In this document: positions 40,433 through 50,812 of the stretch, one piece after another
Layout: every line of letters starts with the position of its first letter
How positions within the stretch are numbered: the stretch's first letter is position 1
Virus record (IMG/VR): IMGVR_UViG_3300013102_000031
Length of the DNA: 64,000 nucleotides
From: an uncultured virus (IMG/VR IMGVR_UViG_3300013102_000031)
Lineage: Duplodnaviria > Heunggongvirae > Uroviricota > Caudoviricetes
Direction: 5' to 3' (one strand)
Position numbers and translations under genes: made by a program
Notes under the pieces: generated by a model
The model's database searches: none
Told to the model about the DNA's origin: nothing
The model's input: only the letters and a program-made list of their open reading frames with translations

Positions 40433-41492
40433 GCAATACACAGCTATCATTGATATCGACACACTCATAATTCACGCTGCATTGGCTGGACAAGAGACAA
40501 GCGTTCTAGTTACGCACAAAGACACAAAGTGGAGTAAGACTTTCAAGAATCAAACTGAGTTCTTTGGGCATTTTAAGAAAAGAGAAGGTGGTTGGCTAGC
40601 AACTCTCAACGAATCTCGTGAAGTTAAAGTCTCCCCAGACGCATTTGAGATTACACCGATTGTAACTAAGATTACTGATCAATACACAGAAGATGGAACT
40701 GTAATCACAGCAGAGACGGTTGTTAAAGGGCGGTTCAAGAATAAGATTGAAGCCATCACTTCACAAGATTGGTGTAAAGACTTTAAGATTTGTTTTGGTA
40801 CAGGTAAGAACTTTCGTTATGATATCGCACAGACTCAACCATACAAAAATGAACGTCCTGTAAAACCTTTGTTGTATGAAACTGTCAAAGAGTACATGCT
40901 TTGGAAATACAAAGATAAGATGTTGATTGTTGATGGCGTGGAAACAGATGAGATTGTAACTCAGGAAGTTTGGAAAGCTTGGGTTAAAGCCAAACGTAGC
41001 CATGACAAACTGGATGCTGTTGCTTGCTATATTGATAAGGACATTTCTCAGTTCCCTTGTCTTTGGTATAACTTTGATAAACCTGAGCTTGGCTTGGTGA
41101 AGATTGATGCACTTGAAGCGGTGAAGAACTTAGCTGTACAACATCTAAAAGGTGATACAATCGACTCTGTTCCCGGACTGCCAGCACTACCAGAGGATAT
41201 GTATAAAGAGTATTCTCTGCGTAAAACTAAGGGTATTGGGGAGACTACAGCACAAGGCGTACTAGCATCAGCAGAGACACCAAAGGAAGTATTTGAGCGG
41301 GTTGTGGAGGCATACAAAGGGCATTACGGAGAGGAAAAACAACCATTCACTTCATTCCGTGGTGAGGAGTCTGAAAGAAATTGGTTAGACCATTTGAATG
41401 AGCAGTTTAGACTTCTTAGGATGCGTACTGATGTGACTAAAGATGTTGGGCATGTTAGAGACTTTCTTAAAGCAATGGAGATTGAAGTATGA
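40422..41492 (+). CDS. 5'-3' exonuclease (T7 gp6 / FEN-like)
   Basis: IIDID, NFR...YK..R, ETDE, IDKD, GDTIDSVPG motifs. Confidence 0.88.
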   Translation: MTSKQYTAIIDIDTLIIHAALAGQETSVLVTHKDTKWSKTFKNQTEFFGHFKKREGGWLATLNESREVKVSPDAFEITPIVTKITDQYTEDGTVITAETVVKGRFKNKIEAITSQDWCKDFKICFGTGKNFRYDIAQTQPYKNERPVKPLLYETVKEYMLWKYKDKMLIVDGVETDEIVTQEVWKAWVKAKRSHDKLDAVACYIDKDISQFPCLWYNFDKPELGLVKIDALEAVKNLAVQHLKGDTIDSVPGLPALPEDMYKEYSLRKTKGIGETTAQGVLASAETPKEVFERVVEAYKGHYGEEKQPFTSFRGEESERNWLDHLNEQFRLLRMRTDVTKDVGHVRDFLKAMEIEV

Positions 41493-41830
41493 ATAAGATT
41501 ACAGAAGATTACCTGCTGGAATATATCTCAGACGTAGGTGAGTTCGAAAAAGAGCACCGCAAATACTCTTCTTTCTGGTGTACAGTTACACACCTAATTA
41601 CTCAGGAAGATGTTGACGCACTGGCAGAAGATGATGTTGACGCAAGTGACTTCCTGAACGTCTTGGTAACACGTAACGGTATGTGGAGTGATAGTGACGG
41701 TACAGATTGGGATAGTACAACTTACGAGAAGCTGCAAGAGTATCAAGAGCTTGTTCCTGAAGTTGTGATTCCTGAGCACTATGTGACGAAGTATAAGACT
41801 TCAGCTTTTAAGCCTGTGTTCGGGGAGTAA
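41489..41830 (+). CDS. acidic hypothetical protein
   Basis: Coupled ORF. Confidence 0.7.
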   Translation: MNKITEDYLLEYISDVGEFEKEHRKYSSFWCTVTHLITQEDVDALAEDDVDASDFLNVLVTRNGMWSDSDGTDWDSTTYEKLQEYQELVPEVVIPEHYVTKYKTSAFKPVFGE

Positions 41831-41833
41831 ATT

Positions 41834-42145
41834 GTGACCGATATTTATAAGCTGTTTGAAAAAGAAACTTGGACACCTGATGATTGCACACCATATATTT
41901 GGTACAGAGCGTGTGTTGATGAGTTGTCCTTTAACAAAGATGATGATGTCAATAATCTAATGAATGGCGATGGTCTTACTTACTCTTATAATGTAAGCAG
42001 CGAAGTCGAGCGTGATGGCTTTGTAATCTTCACCCTACAGAATGATTATGGTGGCGAATCGTTTCAAGCTATCTTTGATATTTCTAAGAAAGTTGATGAG
42101 GACAAGTACTGGGAAGAAGTTGATAGTGAAGATGAAGAAGAATGA
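41834..42145 (+). CDS. acidic hypothetical protein
   Basis: GGGGAG RBS, GTG start. Confidence 0.7.
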   Translation: MTDIYKLFEKETWTPDDCTPYIWYRACVDELSFNKDDDVNNLMNGDGLTYSYNVSSEVERDGFVIFTLQNDYGGESFQAIFDISKKVDEDKYWEEVDSEDEEE

Positions 42146-42672
42146 AAGAACCTTGGCTAAACTACCCTCACATCTGGCCCTCCAAGAGTTCTTTCCTTAG
42201 TTTTCTGCGTGGTGGTATCAGGCGTGCTCTGTGGAACCGTTCACCTATTAAATTGGAATTCATTAAGAAATACCGACGTAAAATTAAGAATCCAAATCCC
42301 AGAGGTAAGGTAAAAGAAGTTTGGGGTGGTACTTGCAATCTGTGCGGTGATGAATTTCCAAGCAATCAGTTGAACGTTGACCACCGAGAAGGCCAGAATA
42401 GTCTTAGAGAGTTGTCAGACTTACAATCTTTTATGGAAAGTATTGTACTTGTTCAAGAAAGTGATCTACAATTCGTATGTCTACCGTGCCACAAGATCAA
42501 GAATTTACAGGAAAGGACAGGGGTAGATTTCGAGACTGCAAGGACAGAGAAACTTGTAATTGAAATATGCAAGAATAAGCAAGACAAGGCATGGCTAATC
42601 GAGAAAGGCATTACTCCACTAGGAAATGCTAAGTTGAGACGCCAACAAATCACTGAGGAGATGATGAAATGA
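42142..42672 (+). CDS. HNH-fold endonuclease
   Basis: CNLC...VDH...LQFVCLPCHKIK. Confidence 0.8.
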   Translation: MKEPWLNYPHIWPSKSSFLSFLRGGIRRALWNRSPIKLEFIKKYRRKIKNPNPRGKVKEVWGGTCNLCGDEFPSNQLNVDHREGQNSLRELSDLQSFMESIVLVQESDLQFVCLPCHKIKNLQERTGVDFETARTEKLVIEICKNKQDKAWLIEKGITPLGNAKLRRQQITEEMMK

Positions 42673-43179
42673 CTAACAAGAAATTGAAAGTAAACAGTGC
42701 TGCCTATACAGAACTTAGTATTCAAATTGCCGTACTTCAAGCATCTGTGGATAAACTACTCCAACTCGCTATGAAAGATAATACTTTAAATATTATTGGT
42801 GACGTAGTTATCTCAGGAACTATCCCAACAGATGAAGAATTCTTGGAGGCATACAAATGATTAAAGATTATTGGACAGCAATCTTCTGGTGCGAGTTTGT
42901 TCAGTTTAGCGTGTTCTTCAACATCTGGACACAACAACTTGGTGTTTAGCTTGAGAGGTGGGTATGTCAGTTATAGAGATGTTTCCGAAGAAAGAAGTTG
43001 CAGATAAATCAGTTGAGCATACTATCTCTAAGTTAGACTTCTGGATCGGGAGGAATGAGATTATAAGTAGGGACTTTGTAACTTTCAGTGTTTACCAGAA
43101 ACAAGAGACGCTTGATACTGTACTCTCGATCAACAACCAATTGTATGAACTTATTTTGAAACTTAAAGGAGAGATTTAA
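42669..43179 (+). other. small hypothetical CDS (42669-42860, 42958-43179)
   Basis: Coupled ORFs. Confidence 0.55.
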
Positions 43180-43962
43180 TTGAGCAATCGCCACCTATTT
43201 ATTCCAGACGTACAAGCAAAAGAAGGCGTTCCACTTCAACACCTTGAAGCTTTGGGAAATTACATCGTTAAGAAACAACCAGAAGTTATTGTAATGATTG
43301 GGGACTTCGCCGATATGCCAAGCCTAAGTTCTTATGATGTTGGTAAGAAATCTTTTGAAGGTCGCATGTACACAAAGGATATTGAATCTGCACGTAAGGC
43401 GATGGATGTTCTTCTTGCACCACTAAAAGCTTTTAATATTCAGCAGTCACTTAACCGTAAAAAGCAATACAAACCACGAATGGTTATGTGCTGGGGTAAT
43501 CACGATCAAGGCCGTATTGAGCGGGCTATTGAGAATGATCGTAAACTTGAAGGTTTGATTTCTGTTGATGATCTTGGTTTTAAAGAAGCTGGCTGGGAGT
43601 GCCATGATTTCCTTGAAATTGTAAATATCGACGGTATCCGTTACTCACACTACTTTGTTAATCCAAATAGCTTGCTGAAGAATTGTGTTGGTGGTAACAT
43701 TGACGCGAAGCTGAAGAACTTGGGGTGGTCGTTTAGTATGGGCCATCAGCAGACTTTACAATACGGGGTCCAGTACTTGCCAGATGGTATTGCTCGCCAA
43801 GGTTTGGTTGCTGGTGCTTTCTACATGCATAACGAGAGCTACATGGGAACACAGGGTAATCTTTCTCACTGGCGTGGTGTTGTGATGAAGAATGAAGTTC
43901 AGGAAGGCAGGTACGATCCTTGCTTTATCTCTATTCCATTCTTGCTGGAGAAGTATATTTAA
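43180..43962 (+). CDS. calcineurin-like metallophosphoesterase
   Basis: IPDVQ, GDFAD, GNHD, SH, MGH motifs. Confidence 0.88.
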   Translation: MSNRHLFIPDVQAKEGVPLQHLEALGNYIVKKQPEVIVMIGDFADMPSLSSYDVGKKSFEGRMYTKDIESARKAMDVLLAPLKAFNIQQSLNRKKQYKPRMVMCWGNHDQGRIERAIENDRKLEGLISVDDLGFKEAGWECHDFLEIVNIDGIRYSHYFVNPNSLLKNCVGGNIDAKLKNLGWSFSMGHQQTLQYGVQYLPDGIARQGLVAGAFYMHNESYMGTQGNLSHWRGVVMKNEVQEGRYDPCFISIPFLLEKYI

Positions 43963-44098
43963 GTGGAAGACTACAAACTAAAGAACACTGTCAATCGCTT
44001 AGAGAATTCGGTTGACAGCTTAACTAAAGAGATCTATAATCTCAAACAGCAGCAGAAAGATATGCTGGAACAAATTAAGCGACTAAAGGAGGGGTTTA

Positions 44099-44536
44099 AT
44101 GATGGCAGTAGCAAATGAACCACAGAAGTTTAAAGTAAAGAATGATGTAACTGTCTACTCACTATTACCACCATTCATGGACACACACACTGTAGTTTGG
44201 AATGATGAGAATGGACACCACCAAGAAACAGAGTGTAGTATTGGATATGTAAAGGATCAGTTCAGGAATGATATCTGGACTTACATCATTGAGAGTCCTA
44301 AATCATCTGTAGATAAGCCACAATCAGCTCTAGACAAACAAGTCAGCGGTAATCACTATAAAGACTTTAAGATCCAACCTGCTGAATATTGCCATGCTAA
44401 CAACATCCCATTCTTAGAGGGCAACGTAATAAAATACACATCTCGTCATCGGGCTAAGAACAAGAAGAAAGATCTTGAGAAAGCTATTCATTGTCTTGAG
44501 TTGCTGATTGAGTTGGAGTATGGTAATGAGGACTAA
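44099..44536 (+). CDS. protein with C-terminal DUF3310 (T7 gp1.7-like) domain
   Basis: QVSGNHY...IQP...FLEGNVIKY..R...K....DLEKA. Confidence 0.8.
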   Translation: MMAVANEPQKFKVKNDVTVYSLLPPFMDTHTVVWNDENGHHQETECSIGYVKDQFRNDIWTYIIESPKSSVDKPQSALDKQVSGNHYKDFKIQPAEYCHANNIPFLEGNVIKYTSRHRAKNKKKDLEKAIHCLELLIELEYGNED

Positions 44537-44975
44537 GCGCCTATTAGGTATTGACGTTGATGGCGTCTGTGTAGACACACTAACCCTCTACAAACAAGCT
44601 TCACATCACTTGGAAGATCCTCTAGACTTCTGGCGAGATGAGAACCTTTATGATAACCTTGTTCCAATGGATGGTGCTGTAGAGAAACTTGAGCAACTTA
44701 GTAAATACTTTGGTATAGTGTTTGTGAGTCGGTTGAAGGGAAATCATCACCGTTCAAAGGTGTATTTCTTGAAGAAGTTCTTTCCGTTTATGACTGGCTT
44801 TATTGGTACTCACGAGAAGTACCTTTTGAATGAAAGTCTTGTTGCAATGGTGGATGATTTAGAGGATAATCTGTCCAAGTTTGAAGCTCACAAGCGAGTG
44901 TTGTTTGGACAAGGTGAATATAAAGATTGGAATAGTTTTAGTGTTAAAGATTTCTGTAAAGATTACTTGGTTTAA
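44526..44975 (+). CDS. HAD-family 5'(3')-deoxyribonucleotidase-like protein
   Basis: DVDGV motif I, MVDD motif. Confidence 0.8.
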   Translation: MRTKRLLGIDVDGVCVDTLTLYKQASHHLEDPLDFWRDENLYDNLVPMDGAVEKLEQLSKYFGIVFVSRLKGNHHRSKVYFLKKFFPFMTGFIGTHEKYLLNESLVAMVDDLEDNLSKFEAHKRVLFGQGEYKDWNSFSVKDFCKDYLV

Positions 44976-44989
44976 TTAAGGAGAAAGTT

Positions 44990-45469
44990 TTGAGTAATGC
45001 ACGGGTAACACGGTTTAATGTAATTTGCGGCAACCCCGTAAACATGGGTACTGATCTAGAATATTGGCGTCAAGTGAAAGAACAGGCTGCTCGTATTCTT
45101 GAAGAAGCAATTGAGATGAATACAGCAGCACAGGAAGAGGACTATCAAGGTGTAATTGATGGTTGGGGAGATGTAAAATACACCAACGAATACATGGATG
45201 ATATCCTGAAAGGTGCTGGTGTAGATACTAAGAAAGTATTTGATACGATTGCAAGTAACAATGATCAGAAGTTTACAACTAGCTACACATATGCTTGTGA
45301 TAGTAAAGAAGCTTTGGAACAACTTGACGTTGATTGTTATTTGGATAGCACAACTTACGAAGGGACGCTTTACTATGTTATTCGTCGAGTCCATGATAAT
45401 AAGATTCTTAAGCTGAAGCATCATGAGTCGCCGGATTTGAGTAGCTTTATTCCAAAGGAGTTGCTATGA
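44990..45469 (+). CDS. MazG-like NTP pyrophosphohydrolase
   Basis: EEAIE...DGWGD...SNNDQK pattern. Confidence 0.7.
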   Translation: MSNARVTRFNVICGNPVNMGTDLEYWRQVKEQAARILEEAIEMNTAAQEEDYQGVIDGWGDVKYTNEYMDDILKGAGVDTKKVFDTIASNNDQKFTTSYTYACDSKEALEQLDVDCYLDSTTYEGTLYYVIRRVHDNKILKLKHHESPDLSSFIPKELL

Positions 45470-45637
45470 TTCACGCAAGCACACAACAAGCTAGACCAAA
45501 AGCTAATTGGAAAGATTATGTCTTCAATAAAGAAGACTATAGTAAAGTAGTAAGCTCTGGCATGGCTTGGGTAGTATTTCCAGACTGGCCTACACCACAA
45601 GAGTTTAGTGAATATTTGAAGGAGAAGGGAGAGAAAG

Positions 45638-46297
45638 ATGTTTGATTTCATTAAATGTAAAGTTATCGGTGTAACGCAACCTGTGGTAGACTTCATCCCA
45701 GATAGTGAAGGCATCATTTCCTACGCAGCACGAGTCAGCGCACCACAGAATCAAAGTAACTTCGACACAGCAGCAAAGCTTCTTAAGTATTGCGTAGATC
45801 ATCAACACTATTCAGTATTTGAAACTTGTAATATCACAATGGAAATTGAAGCTCCACGGGACATTGCAAGGCAGATTCTTCGTCACCGTAGTTTCAGCTT
45901 TCAAGAGTTCAGTCAAAGGTACGCAGAATCCACAGACTTCATTACTCGTGAATGTCGTTTGCAAGACGAGAAGAATCGTCAGAATAGTATTCAAACAGAT
46001 GACCTAATGCTTCAGGATTATTGGCAGATTGCACAAGAAGAAGTATTGGAGCTTGTAAAGTTTCATTATGAAAAAGCTTTAATGCTAGGTATTGCTAAAG
46101 AAGTTTCACGTTGCCTATTGCCAGAAGGTCTTACAATGAGTAAGATGTATATGAATGGTACAGTACGTAGTTGGTTGCATTACATTCAGCTACGCGAGGA
46201 GAACGGCACGCAGCTTGAACACACTGATGTTGCTAAGAAGGCTAAAGTAGAAGTATTGAAGTATTTTCCATTCCTTGAGAATGTATTGGAGAAATAA
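45638..46297 (+). CDS. thyX: flavin-dependent thymidylate synthase
   Basis: RHRSFSFQEFSQRY signature; HYSVFE. Confidence 0.95.
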   Translation: MFDFIKCKVIGVTQPVVDFIPDSEGIISYAARVSAPQNQSNFDTAAKLLKYCVDHQHYSVFETCNITMEIEAPRDIARQILRHRSFSFQEFSQRYAESTDFITRECRLQDEKNRQNSIQTDDLMLQDYWQIAQEEVLELVKFHYEKALMLGIAKEVSRCLLPEGLTMSKMYMNGTVRSWLHYIQLREENGTQLEHTDVAKKAKVEVLKYFPFLENVLEK

Positions 46298-46298
46298 A

Positions 46299-46499
46299 AT
46301 GAGTTTTAACAATTCAGAAGAAAATCCTATCGAATTCTATCTTCTTGAAGTAGCATCATTGATTGCAGTGAGGGAAGGTAAAGAGAAACGTGTGGCGAAC
46401 TTGATTATTCTTGAAACTCTTTCTGAATGGATATTCATGTATGAAAGTGGTTTGAACCCAAAAACAGCGTATGGTAAATTTCGGAGTAGTAGTGTATGA
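46299..46499 (+). CDS. hypothetical protein
   Basis: GGAGA RBS. Confidence 0.55.
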   Translation: MSFNNSEENPIEFYLLEVASLIAVREGKEKRVANLIILETLSEWIFMYESGLNPKTAYGKFRSSSV

Positions 46500-46858
46500 G
46501 CGTAGGTTTTAATTTGAGTTTGTCAGACCTCCTTCTTTGTGAAGGTTTCGCTCAAGCATTTGGTGAGGATAACAAACCAGCAATTAATAAGTTTCTTTTT
46601 GATAACGGTTTAGACGTTTCGATGGGGATAGATGAAGTAGTTTGTAAGCATCGCAATCTTCGTGGGAATGTTGTAGACTGTTTGATGTATCAGGGGCATG
46701 AACGCTCTGATGAATGGTTGAAGTCTGGTGCTGCATCTTGGGATGCAATTGTTGAAGATTGTAGTTTGGATCTTCGGATTGATCTTAAGACAATGGGCAA
46801 GCAGAGTAATAATACTGGTATGATCCTTGATTCACTGGAACGCCACGCAAGTAAATAA
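46496..46858 (+). CDS. hypothetical phage protein
   Basis: Coupled ORF. Confidence 0.7.
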   Translation: MSVGFNLSLSDLLLCEGFAQAFGEDNKPAINKFLFDNGLDVSMGIDEVVCKHRNLRGNVVDCLMYQGHERSDEWLKSGAASWDAIVEDCSLDLRIDLKTMGKQSNNTGMILDSLERHASK

Positions 46859-46867
46859 GGAGAAGTA

Positions 46868-47851
46868 ATGCTAACGCGAATTCAAACGCCTAAGACAGAG
46901 TTTACCGTTGACTATCCAGAGGCTTGTGAATTTACTAATCAACAGGCAGCTGTCTTCTGGCCTCACTTTGAAGTAAAGGTGCATAAAGATAAACAAGATA
47001 TTCTAGTAAACATGACGCCTGCTGAACGTCACGGTACGATTACAACACTTAAGTTGTTTACTAAGTATGAACAGATTATTGGTGATGAATTCTGGCTTGG
47101 ATTTGTGTACAAGAAGTTCCCCCGTCCTGCTGATATCCAACCAATGGCTGCTTTGTTTGGTGCAATGGAGACAGCAGTTCATGGGAAGTTTTACAGTACG
47201 TTGAATGAAGAACTTGGACTAGCAACAGATGAATTCTATAATGAGTACTTGCAAGATGAAGATCTTAAAGCTCGTGTGGAATTCCTAGAAAGCAGTATTG
47301 CCGATAAAGATGATCTTCGGGCTCTCGGTTGTTTTACATTCGGAGAGGGTGCAATCCTATATTCTAGTTTTGCTTTCTTGAAGCATTTCCAGAGTCAAGG
47401 TAAAAACAAGTTGTTGAATGTGGTGAGTGGTATCAACTTCTCTGCGCGGGATGAAAATCTACACGCTGAAGCAGCGGCTTGGTTGTACCGTACACTACTA
47501 AAAGAAAAGAAAGATGCTGGGTATATCGATGCAGCTTACGAAGATGAGTTGAAGAAAGATGTCTACCTTGCTGCTGAAACAGTAATGGAACATGAAAAAT
47601 CAATTATCAAGAAGATCTTTGAGAAAGGTCGGATTGATGGTATTACAGATGTACAACTTGAGTACTTTGCACAGAGTCGGATTAACCTCTGTCTTCGCAA
47701 CCTCGGTTATGAAAATCTATTTAAAATTGAGTATAATCCTGTTGCTGAATGGTTCTATAAAGGCATTAACGGTTTCAGCTCTATCGACTTCTTCAACAGC
47801 CAAGGTAATCAATACCAGCGAGACTGGGATTCTGAAGGTTTTAAATTTTAA
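46868..47851 (+). CDS. nrdB: class I ribonucleotide reductase beta subunit
   Basis: FW...EV...D..D, E...H...Y, EG..LYSSF, RDENLH, DFF...Y. Confidence 0.92.
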   Translation: MLTRIQTPKTEFTVDYPEACEFTNQQAAVFWPHFEVKVHKDKQDILVNMTPAERHGTITTLKLFTKYEQIIGDEFWLGFVYKKFPRPADIQPMAALFGAMETAVHGKFYSTLNEELGLATDEFYNEYLQDEDLKARVEFLESSIADKDDLRALGCFTFGEGAILYSSFAFLKHFQSQGKNKLLNVVSGINFSARDENLHAEAAAWLYRTLLKEKKDAGYIDAAYEDELKKDVYLAAETVMEHEKSIIKKIFEKGRIDGITDVQLEYFAQSRINLCLRNLGYENLFKIEYNPVAEWFYKGINGFSSIDFFNSQGNQYQRDWDSEGFKF

Positions 47852-47861
47852 GGGGAATTAA

Positions 47862-49550
47862 GTGACAAATAGTTATCGTGTATTGAGTGAAGAACGTAAG
47901 AAGCTACAAGAAGATGGTTTGATGCCTGCCCATTGGTCTACCGGCTCTTGGCAATTATTCAAGAGTAAATACCTTTACCAAGCGTCAAACCCGAAAGAAC
48001 AGTATCAGCGAATTGCAGCAACATTGGCTACACACACGCCTGATCCGTCTGAGTGGAAAGAGAAGTTCTTTGATATTATGTGGAAAGGTTGGTTGAGTCC
48101 TAGTACCCCAATCTTAGCTAATACAGGAACAAATCGTGGTTTGCCAGTAAGTTGTGCTGGTAGTTATATTCCTGATAGTATCGATGGTATCTACAAAGCA
48201 AAACATGAAACTGCAATGCTAACTAAAATGGGTTTTGGTACGGCAGGTTATCTTGGAGATGTCCGTGCTCGTGGAGAATCGATCAGCGTAGGTGGTACTT
48301 CTACCGGGGTTATGCAGGTCATTGAGGGGTTTCAACGTGACATGGAGTACGTTGCTCAGGGTACGGCTCGACGTGGTTCTTGGGCAGGTTATTTGCCTAT
48401 CGATCATGGTGATTTTGATGAAGTTTGTACTTATCTAGAGCAACACCCTGACGGTAATAATATCGGCTGGAATGTTTCTGATGATTTTATTGAGAAGTTG
48501 AAAACTGGTGATAAGGAAGCAGTACGGCGTTACGGTAAAGCTCTGAAAACTAAGATGGTGACAGGTAAGGGGTACTTCTTCTTCCCTCAAAAGACTGAAC
48601 GTAAGCGTCCGCAATGGTATGTAGATCAGGGCTTGGATGTTAAGGCTCCACAGCTCTGTAATGAAGTAATGCTGCATTCAAGTAAAGATTTTACATATAC
48701 ATGCGTCCTTGCATCAATGAACGTAGAGCTTTTTGATGAGTGGCATGGTACAGACGCTGTAAACACTGCAATTGTTTTCCTTGATGCCGTATGTCAAGAG
48801 TTTATTGAACGAGCTAAGAATATTCCCGGTCTTGAGAAAGCCGTAGCATTTACGAAGAACAGTCGGGCGCTTGGGCTTGGACAATGTGGTCTGGGATCTT
48901 ACTTCCAAAAGAAGATGGTTCCATTTGAAAGCTTTGATGCACATATGCTGAACAACAAGATTGCAAAGTACATTCAAGATGAAGCAATTAAAGCTTCTGA
49001 ATGGCTTGCAAGTGTTTGGGGCGAGCCAAAGTGGATGAAGGGTTATGGTCGTGCAAATACACACTTGATTGCAATCGCACCAACTAAGTCAACAGCACTT
49101 ATAATGGGTGGTGTTAGTGAAGGCATTAGCCCCGATACTGCGATGGTTTACACACAGAAGAGTGCTGGTGGTGAAGTTGACCGAGTTAACCCTTACTTAC
49201 TGAAGTTGATGAAAGAGAAGGTTGTTTTCAACAAAGCTAACGTTGAAGATGTTCGTGACAAGATGGGTAGTGTGCAGCATGTAACTTGGTTGACTGAAGA
49301 TGAGAAGCTGGTGTTCCGTACAGCTTTTGAAATCAATCAACACACAATTATCCGTCTAGCTGCTGCCCGTGGTAAGTTTATGGATCAATGGCAATCGCTT
49401 AACTTGTTCTTTGCTGCTGGTGAAGATGAGAGTTACATTAACGAAGTACATAAAGAGGCTTTCTTGAACCCTGACATTCTTGGTTTGTATTACGTATACA
49501 GCATGGCTGGTGTTCAAGCAAGCAAGGATGAATGTTTGGCTTGTCAATGA
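47862..49550 (+). CDS. nrdA: class I ribonucleotide reductase alpha subunit (short, no ATP cone)
   Basis: SPSTP, VSC, QGTARRGS, LCNE, TCVLAS, RALGLG, AIAPT, DQWQS, LYY, C-terminal CLAC. Confidence 0.93.
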   Translation: MTNSYRVLSEERKKLQEDGLMPAHWSTGSWQLFKSKYLYQASNPKEQYQRIAATLATHTPDPSEWKEKFFDIMWKGWLSPSTPILANTGTNRGLPVSCAGSYIPDSIDGIYKAKHETAMLTKMGFGTAGYLGDVRARGESISVGGTSTGVMQVIEGFQRDMEYVAQGTARRGSWAGYLPIDHGDFDEVCTYLEQHPDGNNIGWNVSDDFIEKLKTGDKEAVRRYGKALKTKMVTGKGYFFFPQKTERKRPQWYVDQGLDVKAPQLCNEVMLHSSKDFTYTCVLASMNVELFDEWHGTDAVNTAIVFLDAVCQEFIERAKNIPGLEKAVAFTKNSRALGLGQCGLGSYFQKKMVPFESFDAHMLNNKIAKYIQDEAIKASEWLASVWGEPKWMKGYGRANTHLIAIAPTKSTALIMGGVSEGISPDTAMVYTQKSAGGEVDRVNPYLLKLMKEKVVFNKANVEDVRDKMGSVQHVTWLTEDEKLVFRTAFEINQHTIIRLAAARGKFMDQWQSLNLFFAAGEDESYINEVHKEAFLNPDILGLYYVYSMAGVQASKDECLACQ

Positions 49551-49559
49551 AGAAAACAT

Positions 49560-49620
49560 TTGACACAGTAATCTAATCTGCTACACTGACCCTATGAGCA
49601 GAAATGCCGTAGGGTCTTTT
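49560..49620 (+). terminator. promoter TTGACA-16-TACACT directly abutting terminator hairpin GACCCTATG...CGTAGGGTC-TTTT
   Basis: Read directly after nrdA. Confidence 0.6.
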
Positions 49621-49639
49621 ACTAACTGGAGGAATAGTC

Positions 49640-49828
49640 ATGAAAGGTTATGAAGATGTAGCAGCGGGACTTGTGTTGTTGGTAGTTGTGCTCATAGGTG
49701 GCTATTACTATTTACAATCTGAGGCATACCACCAGAAACAAAGCTTGCATCAACTGGATGTTAAAACTCAGAAGAAAGTAGACTACAACTGGTCTAAGTT
49801 TGAAGTTGCTTCTAAACGAACAGATTGA
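49640..49828 (+). CDS. small membrane protein
   Basis: GGAGGA RBS, one TM helix. Confidence 0.65.
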   Translation: MKGYEDVAAGLVLLVVVLIGGYYYLQSEAYHQKQSLHQLDVKTQKKVDYNWSKFEVASKRTD

Positions 49829-49841
49829 CTAAATAATAGGC

Positions 49842-49882
49842 AAAAGAAAGCCCCTCGTCCGTTGCTGGATAGAGGGGCTTTA
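49842..49882. terminator. bidirectional terminator between convergent blocks
   Basis: AAAGCCCCTC/GAGGGGCTTT stem with A and T tracts. Confidence 0.8.
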
Positions 49883-49934
49883 ACACATCTGAGATAAGCT
49901 GTTGGCTCAGCTTAGTGCCTAGTGGCTTCTTATT

Positions 49935-50276
49935 TTAATTATTCGTATTGTTATTTATATTCGTTTGAATCACTTTACTATTCTGCCGCTTATCAGCCTC
50001 ATACCACTTGATACGTTCTTCGATAATCCTTAGTCTTGAGTCAGTACCATTCTGATATGAATCTTGTTGCTCCGCTTGCCTATTCTGACGTGTCTCTAAA
50101 TACTGGACATTGTTAGACATCACTTTCATTTGTTCTTGTTTATACAAATCAAACTTAGCTAGTATGTTATCTGATTTTATTGTATTAGTGTTATTGCTCA
50201 GCAATATTGAAATAATGATGATTGCTAAAAGTAGGAATACTAAATTTACACTCCTCTCCACAACTGTCCAGAACAT
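49935..50276 (-). CDS. membrane-anchored coiled-coil protein in the lysis region
   Basis: One N-terminal TM, AAGGA RBS. Confidence 0.7.
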   Translation of the reverse strand: MFWTVVERSVNLVFLLLAIIIISILLSNNTNTIKSDNILAKFDLYKQEQMKVMSNNVQYLETRQNRQAEQQDSYQNGTDSRLRIIEERIKWYEADKRQNSKVIQTNINNNTNN

Positions 50277-50289
50277 TTAAACATCCTTG

Positions 50290-50559
50290 TCATTTTGAAG
50301 ACTTCTGAAAGTATAGGTCAAGCCGACTGAGAATGTCAGATTTCATGGCTGAGATGTTGGTGTTGATACGGTCCTCAACTTCACGTAAATCTCCTTTATC
50401 AACCTTACTTGTCTGTAGGACAATCACTGTTGACTCAAGCTTCTCAACTTTCTTAGATTGCTCTTGGAAAGAATAGACAGTCAGTGCTAGAACAATACCT
50501 AAGAGAAAGAGAGCTGCTCGCTCCCAGTATCCTTGTGGTCTTCCTTCATTTGGTTCCAT
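50290..50559 (-). CDS. membrane-anchored coiled-coil protein (possible holin/antiholin)
   Basis: One TM plus coiled coil; start refined to 50559. Confidence 0.6.
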   Translation of the reverse strand: MEPNEGRPQGYWERAALFLLGIVLALTVYSFQEQSKKVEKLESTVIVLQTSKVDKGDLREVEDRINTNISAMKSDILSRLDLYFQKSSK

Positions 50560-50812
50560 ACAACTTCTCCTGTTCAAGCTTCCACTTACGCTGCTTTTCT
50601 AGAAGAAGTTTATAATCAAACACACAGCCTGTGTTATTCACATAGCCTTTAGCCAATGAACGTACAGTATCACCAGCTTTAATTGCACCACATGGATCTT
50701 GCATAAGATTATTTGGTAGGAACACAGGTGTCTCCTTCGTCTGGTAAACAACTCTCGGAGAGCATCCTGACAAGATCAGAAGGCAAAGCAGAGTCAATAT
50801 CAATTTCTGCAT
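50546..50812 (-). CDS. o-spanin (Rz1-like lipoprotein)
   Basis: Lipobox LSGC, Pro/Cys-rich, overlaps the i-spanin 3' end. Confidence 0.8.
   Translation of the reverse strand: MQKLILTLLCLLILSGCSPRVVYQTKETPVFLPNNLMQDPCGAIKAGDTVRSLAKGYVNNTGCVFDYKLLLEKQRKWKLEQEKLYGTK

Noticed and set aside
42669..42860. LNIIGDVVISGTI as a spike-like beta repeat fragment
   Set aside because: Too short and generic to add to the structural-fragment set
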